Origin: Qipengyuania sp.
Lineage (GTDB): Bacteria > Pseudomonadota > Alphaproteobacteria > Sphingomonadales > Sphingomonadaceae
NCBI RefSeq assembly: GCF_048550555.1
Contig: NZ_JBLYYF010000009.1
Location: forward strand, 19 to 64,018
Length of the DNA: 64,000 nt
Reading direction: 5' to 3'
Part shown: one piece after another, positions 8,630 to 17,613 of the stretch
How the letters are laid out: each line of letters opens with the position of its first letter
Position numbering within the stretch: the stretch's first letter is position 1
Made by a program: the position numbers and the translations under genes
Notes under the pieces: model-generated
Told to the model about the DNA's origin: nothing
The model's database searches: none
What the model saw: the letters and a program-made list of their open reading frames with translations, nothing else

Positions 8630-10305
8630 GCTGCCTGCGGCGAAGGACGCGCCGCTTCGACTGCCCGCCGGACTGCCGAGGCGTCCGCAACCGGAAGCGG
8701 CAGGTAGCGAGCGCGCATGGTGCGCGCGAGCGCCTCGGCTTCGGGCCGCGGCCGTGGCGCTATGTCGAGTACAAGCGCGGCAACGCCCCGCGTGGCGACT
8801 GCACGAGCGGCCACTTCCGCATCCTCGCGGGCCTGCGCGCGTCCCGGGATCCCGTCGGCAGCGATATTGGCGCTGCCATCGGTGAGGAAGACGAGAAAGG
8901 GTGTGGCGCCGTGCGAGGCGACGGTTTCGGCCAGCTTGCGCGCTGCCGTAATTCCCGAGGCCAGCGGCGTGCCGCCCCCTCCCGGCAAGTCAGCGAGTGC
9001 TCTCCTTGCGCGCGTCAGCGAGCGGGTCGGCGGCAGCAGCAGGTCCGCGCCATGGGCGCGAAAGGCGATCAGGGCCACCTCGCTCCGCGTGATATAGGCC
9101 TGCGCCAGCATCAGTTCGACTGCCCCCTTGGCCTCGGCAAGGCGAGCCATTGCGGCAGAACCCGAGGCATCGACGCAGAAGATGGTGACGGCAACCGACC
9201 GGTCCTCGAAGCGCCGAACCCTGAGATCCACCTTGCGAACCAGAAGGCCGGACGCGGCGGCTTCGCCCGCTTCGCGTCTGCGCAGCGGCTGCCAGGGGAC
9301 GGCCGCGCGTAGCGTGTCGATCAGTGCCAGACGCGCGCCGCCCCGGGGCATTCCAGGCCTTGCTCCCAGCGGTTTCCCGCGCAGTTTCGACTTTGCCCTG
9401 CGCCCGCCGCCGCTGCCGTTCGATCCGCGACGCGCGGCCCCGTTGGCCAGCCGCGCCAACAGATCGGCGGGTATTGCCGCCACGACCGCCTCGAGGATCC
9501 TTTCCTCTGCGGACTCCGACCTTCCGCTATCGTCCTCACCACCCTTGGCTTGCGCATCGGAGGATTGTGGCTCCGGCTGGCTTTCTTCCTCAGCCTCGGG
9601 AGCCGGCGGAAGACGCGTCGCCCTCGGAGCGAGCACCAGGCGGGCCGCCGCGCTCAGGTCCTCCTCGGCAAGGCTGGATCGACGGTTGAGCGCGGCATGC
9701 GCTCGCGCAGCCGTCAGGGCAAACATGAGCGCTCTGACCGACCCTATGCCGAGGAGGGTTGCGAGCCCAGCCAAGGTTGCCAAGGCCTCACCCTCGCCGG
9801 CTTCGACTTGTGCGACCGGCAATGCGGCCGGCGGCGAACGGACGGGCGCGAGGCGCACCCCGGTCAGATCGATCGAAAATGCCACGCGCTCTACCAAGGC
9901 CGAGGGCGGGGCCTGTTCGTCGCCGATACCGTCGTCGAGCAGGACAAGGCTGAAGCCACCATCGCGACCATCCATTGCCTGCGCCATCCGCCCGGCAATG
10001 GCATCGTTCAGCCGCTCGGCGCGCTGCACGAGCAAGACGCCGCCGCGCGCTTCGGCCAGCAAGCCGGCGTGCCCAACGCTCCGCCCTGCTGCAAGGCTGG
10101 CCGCGAGATCGATTCCTCCTAGCAGACGCTCGTCGTCGATGTTCGTGGGCAGGCGACGGACCGGCATCGCCTGTTGCAGCCGCTCGACCAGTGGCTCGCG
10201 TGCAGGACCGGGGCCGCGCAGGACCAGCCCGCCAAGTTGACTGGGCGCAACGAGAAACAGGTCGAGGGCGAGCGAGGCATCGTCGAAGGCCTCGCCCGTA
10301 CTCAT
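8626..10305 (-). CDS. bchD: magnesium chelatase subunit D
   Basis: Degenerate AAA N-terminus, Pro/Glu-rich linker and a VWA domain (VDASGSAAMARLAEAKGAVELML, GGGGTPLASG). Start ATG 10305 overlaps the bchI stop. Confidence 0.94.
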   Translation of the reverse strand: MSTGEAFDDASLALDLFLVAPSQLGGLVLRGPGPAREPLVERLQQAMPVRRLPTNIDDERLLGGIDLAASLAAGRSVGHAGLLAEARGGVLLVQRAERLNDAIAGRMAQAMDGRDGGFSLVLLDDGIGDEQAPPSALVERVAFSIDLTGVRLAPVRSPPAALPVAQVEAGEGEALATLAGLATLLGIGSVRALMFALTAARAHAALNRRSSLAEEDLSAAARLVLAPRATRLPPAPEAEEESQPEPQSSDAQAKGGEDDSGRSESAEERILEAVVAAIPADLLARLANGAARRGSNGSGGGRRAKSKLRGKPLGARPGMPRGGARLALIDTLRAAVPWQPLRRREAGEAAASGLLVRKVDLRVRRFEDRSVAVTIFCVDASGSAAMARLAEAKGAVELMLAQAYITRSEVALIAFRAHGADLLLPPTRSLTRARRALADLPGGGGTPLASGITAARKLAETVASHGATPFLVFLTDGSANIAADGIPGRAQAREDAEVAARAVATRGVAALVLDIAPRPRPEAEALARTMRARYLPLPVADASAVRRAVEAARPSPQAA

Positions 10306-11303
10306 CCAAACAGCACTGAAATTGCTCGCTCGATCCGGACCGTCGAGCCGACTTCGTCGAGGACGTCGCGGCGCAACCGGTGGCGCAGCGCCATCGGCGC
10401 CACTTCGAGGAGATGCTCCCTGCGCACGGATTTCGCGCCATTGAGCGCGGCGAGTGCGCGCGCCGCCCGCATCAGCGTGAGTTCGCCGCGCAGCCCATCG
10501 GCACCGACCGCGCGGCACAACTCGGCCATGTCCGCCATGACATCGTCGGGCACGTTCAATGAGGTGAGTTTCTTCTGCCCACGCGCGATCCGCCTGAGGA
10601 CCTTGTCGTCTTCGGCCTCCCAAGAGGCCGCGAAGCTGTCCGGGTCGGCCTCGTGTGCCGCACAGCGCCGCATGATCTCGACGCGCTGCTCGATTGCATC
10701 GGGCGTGCGCACTTCGACCGAAAGACCGAACCGGTCGAGCAGCTGCGGACGCAACTCCCCTTCCTCAGGGTTCCCGCTGCCAATGAGGACGAACTGCGCG
10801 CGATGACGGACTGACAGCCCCTCGCGCTCGACCAGGTTTTCGCCCGATGCGGCCACGTCGAGCAGCAGGTCGACGAGGTGGTCCTCGAGCAAATTGATCT
10901 CGTCGATATAGAGGAACCCGCGATGCGCTTTGGCCAGCAGGCCGGGCTCGAACGCCTTTTCGCCAGCGCGCAATGCGCGTTCGAGATCGAGCGCGCCGAG
11001 AACGCGATCTTCGGTCGCGCCCAACGGCAGGTCGACGAAGGGCACCGCGACCTTTCGTTTGCGCTGCGAGCTGCAGGGGTCCGGGCAGGTCCCGCGCTCG
11101 TCGGGGCGGCAATGGTAGCGGCATCCTTCGGCGATGGTCATCGGCGGGAGCAATGCGGCCAGCGCGCGTGCGGCGGTGGACTTTCCCGTGCCCCGGTCAC
11201 CGAAGACCATCACGCCGCCGATAGCGGGATCGGTCGCCGCAATCAGCAGCGCCAGCTTCATCTCGTCCTGCGCGACGATTGCCGAGAATGGGAACCGGGC
11301 CAT
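10302..11303 (-). CDS. bchI: magnesium chelatase subunit I
   Basis: FPFSAIV, GDRGTGKST Walker A, GATEDRVLGALD, LYIDEINLLEDH. Confidence 0.96.
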   Translation of the reverse strand: MARFPFSAIVAQDEMKLALLIAATDPAIGGVMVFGDRGTGKSTAARALAALLPPMTIAEGCRYHCRPDERGTCPDPCSSQRKRKVAVPFVDLPLGATEDRVLGALDLERALRAGEKAFEPGLLAKAHRGFLYIDEINLLEDHLVDLLLDVAASGENLVEREGLSVRHRAQFVLIGSGNPEEGELRPQLLDRFGLSVEVRTPDAIEQRVEIMRRCAAHEADPDSFAASWEAEDDKVLRRIARGQKKLTSLNVPDDVMADMAELCRAVGADGLRGELTLMRAARALAALNGAKSVRREHLLEVAPMALRHRLRRDVLDEVGSTVRIERAISVLFG

Positions 11304-11342
11304 GTGTCAATCCTTCTGGACGGATCGGTTCGTCTGGACAAG

Positions 11343-12620
11343 TTACTTGTTGGGCGGGCTCCGGAGAACGCGCTTCTTGACCAGCGAGGTCGCGAGCCAG
11401 ACGCCCAGCAGGACGGGGATGACGAGGATGCCCACAATCGTGTTCGACTCCCCATCCAGAACGCCTGGCGGAAGGCCATCCAACGCCATCTTGACCAGCC
11501 CGAGCGCATAGTAGCTGAGCGCCACGACCGAGAGCCCTTCGACGAGCTGCTGCAGGCGCAATTGCATCGAGCTGCTGCGCTCCATCGACGCGAGGAGGTC
11601 CGCGTTCTGGCTCTCGATCCGGGTTTCGACGCGCGCTCGTAGCAATGAGGACAGCTGCTCCGCACGCACAGCCAGTTCGCGCAGGCGCTCCGTGCTGGCC
11701 ACACAGGTATTCATGGCAGGGTGAAAGCGTCGCTGGGTAAAATCGTCGAGCGACGAGAAACCCTCGATCGCTCGCGGGGCGAGCTGCTCCAGCCGCTCTT
11801 CGACGATCTGGGCGTAAGCCTTCGTCGCGTCCATGCGGAATTGCATGGCAGTGGAAAGGCTGACGAGTTCGAGCGACAGACTGGAGAGCGCGTCGAGCAA
11901 GTGATCGTCGGGCTCCGCGCTGTTGGCGACGCGGTTCGAAAGGTCGCGCAGGCTCGCCTCCGCCGCGTTGAGATGCGGCCAGGATTCGCGCGCCAGCGGC
12001 AGGCCCAGGAGGGCGCGATTGCGATAGTTGCCGAGCTCCTGCAGTTGTTGCAGCGTCCTGGTGAGATCGCTGGCGTGCGTGTCGTTGGCGGCGACGACCA
12101 GCAGCCCGAAACCGTCTTGCTTGATCCGGAAATCCGACCACACCCGCATCTCGCCCGAGCCGACGTAGCATGACACCAGTTCGTCCCGCTCGAACTCGAT
12201 GCTGGCGACAATGCGTTCCGCCTCCGCTTCGTTTGCAACCAGAAGGATGCGGGTACTCCTGACGATTTCGCCCGGGAGCGATCTGGCCCATTCGAGGCCG
12301 ATCCGCAGCGCCTCGTCATTTTCGAGTTGGGGGTGGGGCGCGGCTGAATCGCCCTTCAAAAAGTAGGTCAGGCTGCTGCCTTCGCTATGACGCTCCCAGA
12401 CAAAGCGGAGGCCGCTCGCCGCCCAGCCGGACCGGTGAGAGGGGGCGAAGCCGGCGTCTTGAGGGTCCGACTTTGACTCGATCGCCGCCAGTTCCTCGGC
12501 ACGATCGTCGTCGGAAACCATCACAACCCACTGCAGGATCGTGCTGGGAACGTCGACTGCGGGCCATCTCCGCAGATGCATTTCCGAGACAGCTACCTTG
12601 CGGAGTTCATGGTCGCGCAT
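11343..12620 (-). CDS. DUF3422-family membrane-anchored protein
   Basis: E.H.RRWP N-terminus, VWERHSE, VWSDFR, QLRLQQLVEGLSVVALSYY plus two C-terminal TM helices. ATG 12620 has a GAGG RBS. Confidence 0.8.
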   Translation of the reverse strand: MRDHELRKVAVSEMHLRRWPAVDVPSTILQWVVMVSDDDRAEELAAIESKSDPQDAGFAPSHRSGWAASGLRFVWERHSEGSSLTYFLKGDSAAPHPQLENDEALRIGLEWARSLPGEIVRSTRILLVANEAEAERIVASIEFERDELVSCYVGSGEMRVWSDFRIKQDGFGLLVVAANDTHASDLTRTLQQLQELGNYRNRALLGLPLARESWPHLNAAEASLRDLSNRVANSAEPDDHLLDALSSLSLELVSLSTAMQFRMDATKAYAQIVEERLEQLAPRAIEGFSSLDDFTQRRFHPAMNTCVASTERLRELAVRAEQLSSLLRARVETRIESQNADLLASMERSSSMQLRLQQLVEGLSVVALSYYALGLVKMALDGLPPGVLDGESNTIVGILVIPVLLGVWLATSLVKKRVLRSPPNK

Positions 12621-12786
12621 GGGTCCCCTCGTTTCCTTCGTCGGGATGGCGACCCTATCGGTTTTGGATTGCAAGCGAAACGAGTCGTTGAATTGGCCTT
12701 CCTGATGGCCGGTTCTCTTGTCTCTGGACGAAGTCAAATGCGCGAGGTGAATCCTGCGGCACGCGCCGCCGAGCGATTCTCTCACC

Positions 12787-13070
12787 TCAGGGGTTCAGGA
12801 AGCTTTCGGGAAGCACGACATCGACTGGCTCGCCGAGCGCTTTGGCCGAGGTGCCGAGGGCAAAGCGATAGCGACCGCCTCGAATGTGCCTCCGGTCTTC
12901 GTCCCAATCGGCGAGGAGGCGCGGGTCGATTTCTAGCGTGACAGTCCGGGTTTCGCCGGGGTCGAGTTGGACGCGCTGAAATGCGGCGAGGCGCCGGAGA
13001 GGCCTGCCTGGGGGCAAGAAACCGCTGCGCGAAATATTCAGGATTTGTGCATTGCCGTGATCGGGTCCCT
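12787..13070 (-). pseudogene. C-terminal fibronectin-III-like fragment of a GH3 beta-glucosidase
   Basis: PLRRLAAFQRVQLDPGETRTVTLEIDPRLLADW...GGRYRFALGTSA. No catalytic domains upstream; the left boundary is approximate. Confidence 0.7.
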
Positions 13071-13516
13071 GATGAACCCCGACCAATAGATTGATGCTGT
13101 GACGCGGCTCCCCGCGCTTGGGTTCGGAGGTCTCGGCGCTTTGTCCCAGGATCGCACCTGCGCTCATAGGTCTCACTCTGACAAGGAGATGAGATGCCTG
13201 CAACCTCCCTATTACGTCATGACTGAAGTAACGCCGTGTTTTCACCTTCCGGCGTCAGCCACTCTCCAACAGTTGGGGGAACCAATAGAGGTATCGAGCA
13301 GACGATTGCTTCGTCCTATCGGTCTCGATGACTGCCGCATAGAATCCGTACTAGCTGATTGACCACTTCCGGTAGAAAGCCGCCCGTCGGCTTTGCGCCC
13401 CCATTTCGACCGTAGCGAGCATCCTTCCCGTTGCCGAGAAGCTGTCGTAAGATTTGCTTGAGATCGGGTGCCTTCGCGTTCTCCAATTGGCCAATCCTTG
13501 GCAGAGAAGAAATGCC

Positions 13517-13760
13517 ATGTGCTACTCACACTATGATCCGCCGATACAGGATTGAGCACCTTTGAATGCAGGAAAGAAAGTCGGGACCAAGCGACCACTG
13601 TCTCAGTAGCAGATATGGGCGGTTAGCTTCTTTCTCGAATGCGAGCAACGGACCAGAGACCGCGCGTTGTTCGATCTCGCAATCGACAGCAGGTTACGCG
13701 GCCGTGACTGGGTCAATCTCAGGATCGGCGACCTTGTAGCCAGCAGTGAGATCCGAAGGA
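13517..13760 (+). pseudogene. tyrosine recombinase/integrase N-terminal remnant
   Basis: Hand translation from ATG 13517: MCYSHYDPPIQD*APLNAGKKVGTKRPLSQ*QIWAVSFFLECEQRTRDRALFDLAIDSRLRGRDWVNLRIGDLV. In-frame stops TGA 13553 and TAG 13607, then truncated. Matches the common alphaproteobacterial RDRALFDLAIDSKLRGCD integrase type. Confidence 0.85.
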
Positions 13761-13879
13761 TCCATTGGAATATTCCTTCTGGAACTAGGCGCGCCTCGGC
13801 GTAAATAGTCCTAAACGTTATAATTCCGAAGGAGAAAATGCTTGAGCCTGTTTGCGCAAACCTCTTGTCGGACGCGGCC

Positions 13880-14515
13880 CTAGTCCGATCCATCGCGGAT
13901 GATGGTTAGCGCCTCGGCGAGATTTATGACCTCTGCATATTTCGCCTGCAGGTCGAACAGGTTTGCTTCGTGCGGAGCTTCGTGGCGATCAGCGCAGGCG
14001 TCGCGCACAACGAATGGCGCGAATTCGTTTTGGAGCGCATCGAGAGCGCTTGCACGGACACAGCCCGAGGTCGAGAACCCGCCGATGAGGAGCGTGCCGA
14101 TGCCAAGCGCGCGGAGGCGGCTGGCGAGTTGGGTTCCGAAGAAGGCCGAGGGGTATTGCTTCGTGACGAGCAGGTCGTCGGCATGTGGCTGCAAGGCAGG
14201 CGGGAATTCTCCCAATGGAGAGCCAACATCGAAAGACTTCAGCGCGGGGACCTTGCGATAGAACAGGCCTCCGTTCGCGCCGCCCGGCTCATATTCCACT
14301 TTGGTGAAAATCACCGGTCGGCCTACGCTGCGCGCGGCGTCCGCGAGCTTTGCCGCAACCTGCAACGCAGCGTCGGCGCTGGGGCAGTAGAACGGCGACC
14401 CTTCGGCCGTATAGGCCTGCACCATGTCGACCAGCAGCAGGGCAGGGAGGCTGCCGGGCTTCAAGTGCCCGTCATAAGTCGTGGCGTAGTTGGTGCCGAG
14501 GTTATCGTCTCCCAT
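13880..14515 (-). CDS. isochorismatase-family amidohydrolase (N-carbamoylsarcosine amidase/maleamate amidase-like)
   Basis: Asp-Lys-Cys triad motifs LLVDMV, VTKQYPSAFFGT and TSGCVRAS. Start ATG 14515. Confidence 0.88.
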   Translation of the reverse strand: MGDDNLGTNYATTYDGHLKPGSLPALLLVDMVQAYTAEGSPFYCPSADAALQVAAKLADAARSVGRPVIFTKVEYEPGGANGGLFYRKVPALKSFDVGSPLGEFPPALQPHADDLLVTKQYPSAFFGTQLASRLRALGIGTLLIGGFSTSGCVRASALDALQNEFAPFVVRDACADRHEAPHEANLFDLQAKYAEVINLAEALTIIRDGSD

Positions 14516-15711
14516 CAGACCACACCCTGCGCTTGCATGGCCTCCAACTCCCCAGCATCGATGCCGAGTAGTTCGCCGTAGATCGCTGCATTGTCCTGGC
14601 CCGGCCGCGACGGGGCCGGTCGCCTGACCGACGACGGCGTCTTCGAAAATTTCGGGAAGGCGTTCTGCATCTTGATCGGGCCGCGAGTCTCGGTCTCGAC
14701 CTTGATGATCGCCTCGCGCGCCTGGAAATGCGGATCGGCCAGCATCTCCCTCGCCGTATAGACACGGCCTGCGGGGATCGAGTGTTCGATCATCAGCGCA
14801 TCGACCTCGTCGATCGTCAACGTCGCTGTCCACGCGTTGACCAGCGCGTCCAGCTCGGTCTGGTTTTCGCCACGGGCGAGATGGGTCGCGTAGCGTGGAT
14901 CGTCGGCGAGCTCGGGCTGACCCATCGCGGTGGCAAGACGCGCAAAGATCGCGTCCTTGTTGGCCCCGATCATGAACGGGCCGTCCTTGCAGGTGTAGAC
15001 GTTCGAGGGGGCGATTCCGGGCAGGATCGACCCGGAGCGTTCGCGGATGTAGCCGTTGTAGTCGTATTCGGGGACGAGCCCCTCCATCACCTGCAGCACG
15101 GCCTCATAAAGCGCCGTGTCGATCACCTGACCCTCGCCTGTCTTTTCGCGGTGATGCAACGCGGCGAGCACGCCCATCGTGCCGTAGGTGGCACAAAGCG
15201 TATCGCCGATCGAGATGCCCATGCGCGCCGGCGGTCGGTCGGACTCGCCCACGACATAGCGCCAGCCGCCCATCGCCTCGCCGATGCCGCCGAAGCCGGC
15301 GCGATCCGAATAGGGGCCGTCCTGTCCGTATCCCGACATGCGCGCGATGATGAGCGAGGGCTTCTCGCGGAGTAATTCGTCCGGCCCCAAGCCCCATTTT
15401 TCGAGCGTGCCTGGCTTGAAGTTCTCGATCACGATATCGGCGGTCATGATCAGCTGGCGGGCGAGCGCCTGGCCCTCGGCAACGCGCAGGTTGCAGGTGA
15501 CCGAGCGCTTGTTGCGGCCGATGACCTCCCACTGTACCTTTTCCTCGCCCTGGCCCCAGACGCGCATGGGATCGCCCGCGCCGGGCGGCTCGACCTTGAT
15601 GACTTCGGCGCCCATGTCGCCGAGCAGCTGGCCGCAGAATGGCCCGGCGAGCAGCTGGCCGAGTTCGACCACGCGCAGGCCGGCAAGGGCACCGGGCGAA
15701 ACCGAGGTCAC
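14515..15711 (-). CDS. CaiB/BaiF family III CoA transferase
   Basis: LAGLRVVELGQLLAGPFCGQLLGDMGAEVIKVEPPGAGDPMR, ENFKPG, GYGQDGPY. Confidence 0.93.
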   Translation of the reverse strand: MTSVSPGALAGLRVVELGQLLAGPFCGQLLGDMGAEVIKVEPPGAGDPMRVWGQGEEKVQWEVIGRNKRSVTCNLRVAEGQALARQLIMTADIVIENFKPGTLEKWGLGPDELLREKPSLIIARMSGYGQDGPYSDRAGFGGIGEAMGGWRYVVGESDRPPARMGISIGDTLCATYGTMGVLAALHHREKTGEGQVIDTALYEAVLQVMEGLVPEYDYNGYIRERSGSILPGIAPSNVYTCKDGPFMIGANKDAIFARLATAMGQPELADDPRYATHLARGENQTELDALVNAWTATLTIDEVDALMIEHSIPAGRVYTAREMLADPHFQAREAIIKVETETRGPIKMQNAFPKFSKTPSSVRRPAPSRPGQDNAAIYGELLGIDAGELEAMQAQGVV

Positions 15712-17603
15712 TCAGCTGCCTCCGCCATCCGGACGTGGGCCCATTCGGGCTGCACCGGGGCGTTGAGCCCGGTCTCCGCCTGGCAATTGGCGCGCAGCTC
15801 CTCGATCGAGGGGCCGTAGTCGAACAACTTGTCCTCCACGCGCGCAGCCCGCATCGCGTCGCGCAGGGAGGCCGTCGCAGCCTCGTCGACCGTTCCGCTG
15901 GTATCGGCGACGACGCCGTAGTCCCGCGCGCCTTCAGGCGTCACCAGCCCCTGTCTGATCTCCAGCCCGACCATCGCCGGATCGCGGTCGAGCGGATCAC
16001 CCCAGCCGCCGCCGCCCCAGGTGATGTAATGCAGCTGGTCGCCCGCGCGCACGGCGATGTCGTCGGCCTTATTGCCGACGATCTCGGTCGTGCCATCGGC
16101 GCGTTCGAGGACCTTTCTCGCCCGCATGCCCGGCAGGCCGTTGTTGACGCCCCAGGGGGGCACGAACCAGCGGTCGTCGTGGATGCCGATCTGCCCGTCG
16201 GCGAGGAAGCGGTAGGTCATGTGGATGCCGTTGCCGCCGCGGTGCAGGCCCGCCCCGCCGCTGTCGGGCTCTGTCTCGTAGCGCTCGATGCGCATCGGGA
16301 AGTAGCGTTCGAGGAATTCGTTCGGCACGTTGGTGAAGCCGGGCCATAGCGAATGGCCGTCCGGCCCGTCGCCCAATGGCCTGCCGGGAATGCCGCCGAA
16401 GCCGATCTGGAAGAGCTGGAACCACTCGCCTTCGCGCCCCTCCCGGTTGTCCCAGCCGGAATAGAACAGGTGGGGGGAGGAGCTGAAACCCGCGGCATTG
16501 AGGAACTCAGGGGTCTTCTGCCCCAATAGTCCGCCGAGGATATCGAAGATACGCCCGAGAGCATGGGTGCGACCCGACAGGGCTGCCGGGAACTTAGGCT
16601 TGAGGAGCGATCCTTCGGGGATGCGGACCTCGATCAGGTCGTAGAACCCGTCGTTGAACAGGATCTGCGGATCGAAGACCATGATCATGTAGATGCCGAA
16701 GAACATCTTGAACATGTTCTCGTTGAGATAGAAGTTGATCGAGGCCGCGCTCTGCGGGTCGGTGCCCTCGAAATCGAGGATCACCTTGTCGCCCTCGCGC
16801 CACATGGTGCACTTGATCCTGTAGGGGCCAAAGCCGAGCCCGTCGTCGCAGATGTAGTCCTCGAAGCTGACCGGTTCCTCGGCCACCGCCATCCCGATCA
16901 GCGCCTTCATCGCGCGGTGGTTGCGCGCCAGCAGTTCCTTCGTCGCCGAGACATAGACATCGTCGCCGAAGCGGTTCGCCATTTCCACCACGCGGTTGGC
17001 GGCGACGCGGCAGGAGGCGATGAGCGCGTTGAGATCGGCCTGGCACCAGTCGGGCTTGCGCGTCTGGTGCATGACCAGCTTCATCAGGTCTTCGTTGTAT
17101 TCGCCCTTGCGCCAGATCTTCACCGGCGGAATGCGCACGCCTTCCTCGAAGATCGACTTGGCATCGATAGGCATGGAGCCGACGACCTTGCCGCCGATAT
17201 CGCTCTGGTGGCCGAACATGGCGGTCCAGGCGAGCAGGCGACCGTCCTTGTAGACCGGCAGCAGCACCAGCCAGTCGTTCGAATGGCTGATTGCGCCCTC
17301 GCAGGAATAGGGATCGGACAGGAAGATCATATCCCCGTCCTCGATCGTCCCGTCGAAGCCCTTGAGGAAGCCGTCGATGAAACTGCCGAATTGGCCGACG
17401 ATCATCTTGCCGTCGGGATCGGCGATCAGCGGGAAGGCATCGCCCTGTTCGCGAATGCCGGGCGACATGGCGGTACGCACCAGCGTCGCATCCATCTCGA
17501 TCCGGGCATTGCGCAGCGCGTTCTCGATGATGTCGAGCGTAACGGGGTCGATCACGACCTTGCCGAAGGGCGTGGTGTTTTCCTGGATGATCTGGGCGGG
17601 CAT
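15708..17603 (-). CDS. hydantoinase B/oxoprolinase family subunit
   Basis: DIIENAL...RTAMSPGIRE, HSNDW, EEGVRIPPVK, GGGGWGDPLDRDP. Start ATG 17603 with a GAGG RBS. Confidence 0.92.
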   Translation of the reverse strand: MPAQIIQENTTPFGKVVIDPVTLDIIENALRNARIEMDATLVRTAMSPGIREQGDAFPLIADPDGKMIVGQFGSFIDGFLKGFDGTIEDGDMIFLSDPYSCEGAISHSNDWLVLLPVYKDGRLLAWTAMFGHQSDIGGKVVGSMPIDAKSIFEEGVRIPPVKIWRKGEYNEDLMKLVMHQTRKPDWCQADLNALIASCRVAANRVVEMANRFGDDVYVSATKELLARNHRAMKALIGMAVAEEPVSFEDYICDDGLGFGPYRIKCTMWREGDKVILDFEGTDPQSAASINFYLNENMFKMFFGIYMIMVFDPQILFNDGFYDLIEVRIPEGSLLKPKFPAALSGRTHALGRIFDILGGLLGQKTPEFLNAAGFSSSPHLFYSGWDNREGREGEWFQLFQIGFGGIPGRPLGDGPDGHSLWPGFTNVPNEFLERYFPMRIERYETEPDSGGAGLHRGGNGIHMTYRFLADGQIGIHDDRWFVPPWGVNNGLPGMRARKVLERADGTTEIVGNKADDIAVRAGDQLHYITWGGGGWGDPLDRDPAMVGLEIRQGLVTPEGARDYGVVADTSGTVDEAATASLRDAMRAARVEDKLFDYGPSIEELRANCQAETGLNAPVQPEWAHVRMAEAAE

Positions 17604-17613
17604 GGCTTCGTCC

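Noticed and set aside
11303-11342. Possible PpsR site upstream of bchI (TGT-N12-ACG at 11305-11322)
   Set aside because: It has a mismatch in the half-site, overlaps the RBS region and has no properly spaced partner; too weak to call.
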